Source: Haplodiscus bocki
Taxonomy: Eukaryota
Assembly: GCA_965655095.1 (NCBI GenBank)
Contig: OZ296659.1
Coordinates: forward strand, 12,586,001-12,650,000
Reading direction: 5' to 3'
DNA length: 64,000 bases
The first letter of the stretch is position 1; every line of letters begins with the position of its first letter. The position numbers and the translations under genes are program-made. The notes beneath the pieces were generated by a model, which was not told where the DNA came from, searched no databases, and was given only the letters and a program-made list of their open reading frames with translations. This document shows positions 63,621 through 64,000 of this stretch, piece after piece.

Positions 63621-64000
63621 ATGAGGAAACTAGGAACACTGCCACAAGTTTCCCAGAATCCGCTATCAACTTTACCGGAATGTATACGTATCAACCTGAA
63701 TTAGATGAGGAAAGTGCAAGAAGCGGGACTTACAGATCTCGAGAATCAGATGGAACAGGCGGAATTTGCTGCGGGCCATCTGATCGATATAGAAACAGCC
63801 ATCGATTCCCTTCTTCCAAAAAGCAAAAACCAAGATGAAGGAGTGGAAATTGCCCATGAAATAAAACGTGCAGAATGTAATATACCACTAAGCTGTCGCC
63901 GTCAGTTTTCCGACCAGTCTCCTTGAGGTACACCACAATGAGAGGCCACACTCCAACGATGTTGCTGATGACCTCAACAAGAGACGGCATCGACAGCTCC
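63621..64000 (+). pseudogene. Extra sense ORF of unknown function (continues out of window)
   Basis: MRKLGTLPQVSQNPLSTLPECIRINLN*MRKVQEAGLTDLENQMEQAEFAAGHLIDIETAIDSLLP...; helical-looking frame interrupted by in-frame stops. Confidence 0.4.

Larger units (their letters stand above)
53691..64000 (+). mobile_element. Ty3/Gypsy LTR retrotransposon (3' LTR not in window) with extra ORFs downstream of pol
   Basis: gag followed by PR-RT-RNase H-IN order; 5' non-coding region homologous to the minus-strand relative; candidate TG start at 53691. Confidence 0.9.

Overview
AT-rich eukaryotic (probably invertebrate animal) genomic DNA made almost entirely of decayed selfish elements; no intact host gene, rRNA, tRNA or CRISPR array is recognisable. 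(1) 1-~28.7 kb is a heavily pseudogenised endogenous Polinton/Maverick (adintovirus-like) element. Its left accessory cassette (DUF4116-like repeat protein, giant-virus-type domain fused to a RING finger, HTH protein, unknown ORF) is amplified as at least five ~3.27-kb tandem copies (1-16328). The viral core follows: fibre-like fragment, adenain protease, two tandem minor-capsid (penton) paralogues, cupiennin-like and GasderminX-like membrane proteins, A32/FtsK packaging ATPase, a conserved Polinton protein, double-jelly-roll major capsid, rve integrase (minus strand) and protein-primed DNA polymerase B. (2) 29.9-30.6 kb is a non-autonomous Helitron-like element with 120-bp internal repeats. 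(3) 32.2-34.6 kb is a truncated, internally duplicated Ty3/Gypsy fragment on the minus strand. (4) 35-49.5 kb is mostly uninterpretable decayed sequence. (5) 50.6-52.3 kb is a non-coding block with duplicated TATA/Inr promoter modules and hairpin arrays. (6) 53.7 kb to the end is a Ty3/Gypsy LTR retrotransposon (gag, broken PR-RT-RH-IN) that continues past pol into an antisense, apparently spliced gene resembling the C-terminal half of a hAT-type transposase and a divergent TATA-driven ORF. All protein calls come from manual translation and motif recognition; no database searches were run, and boundaries of decayed genes are approximate.
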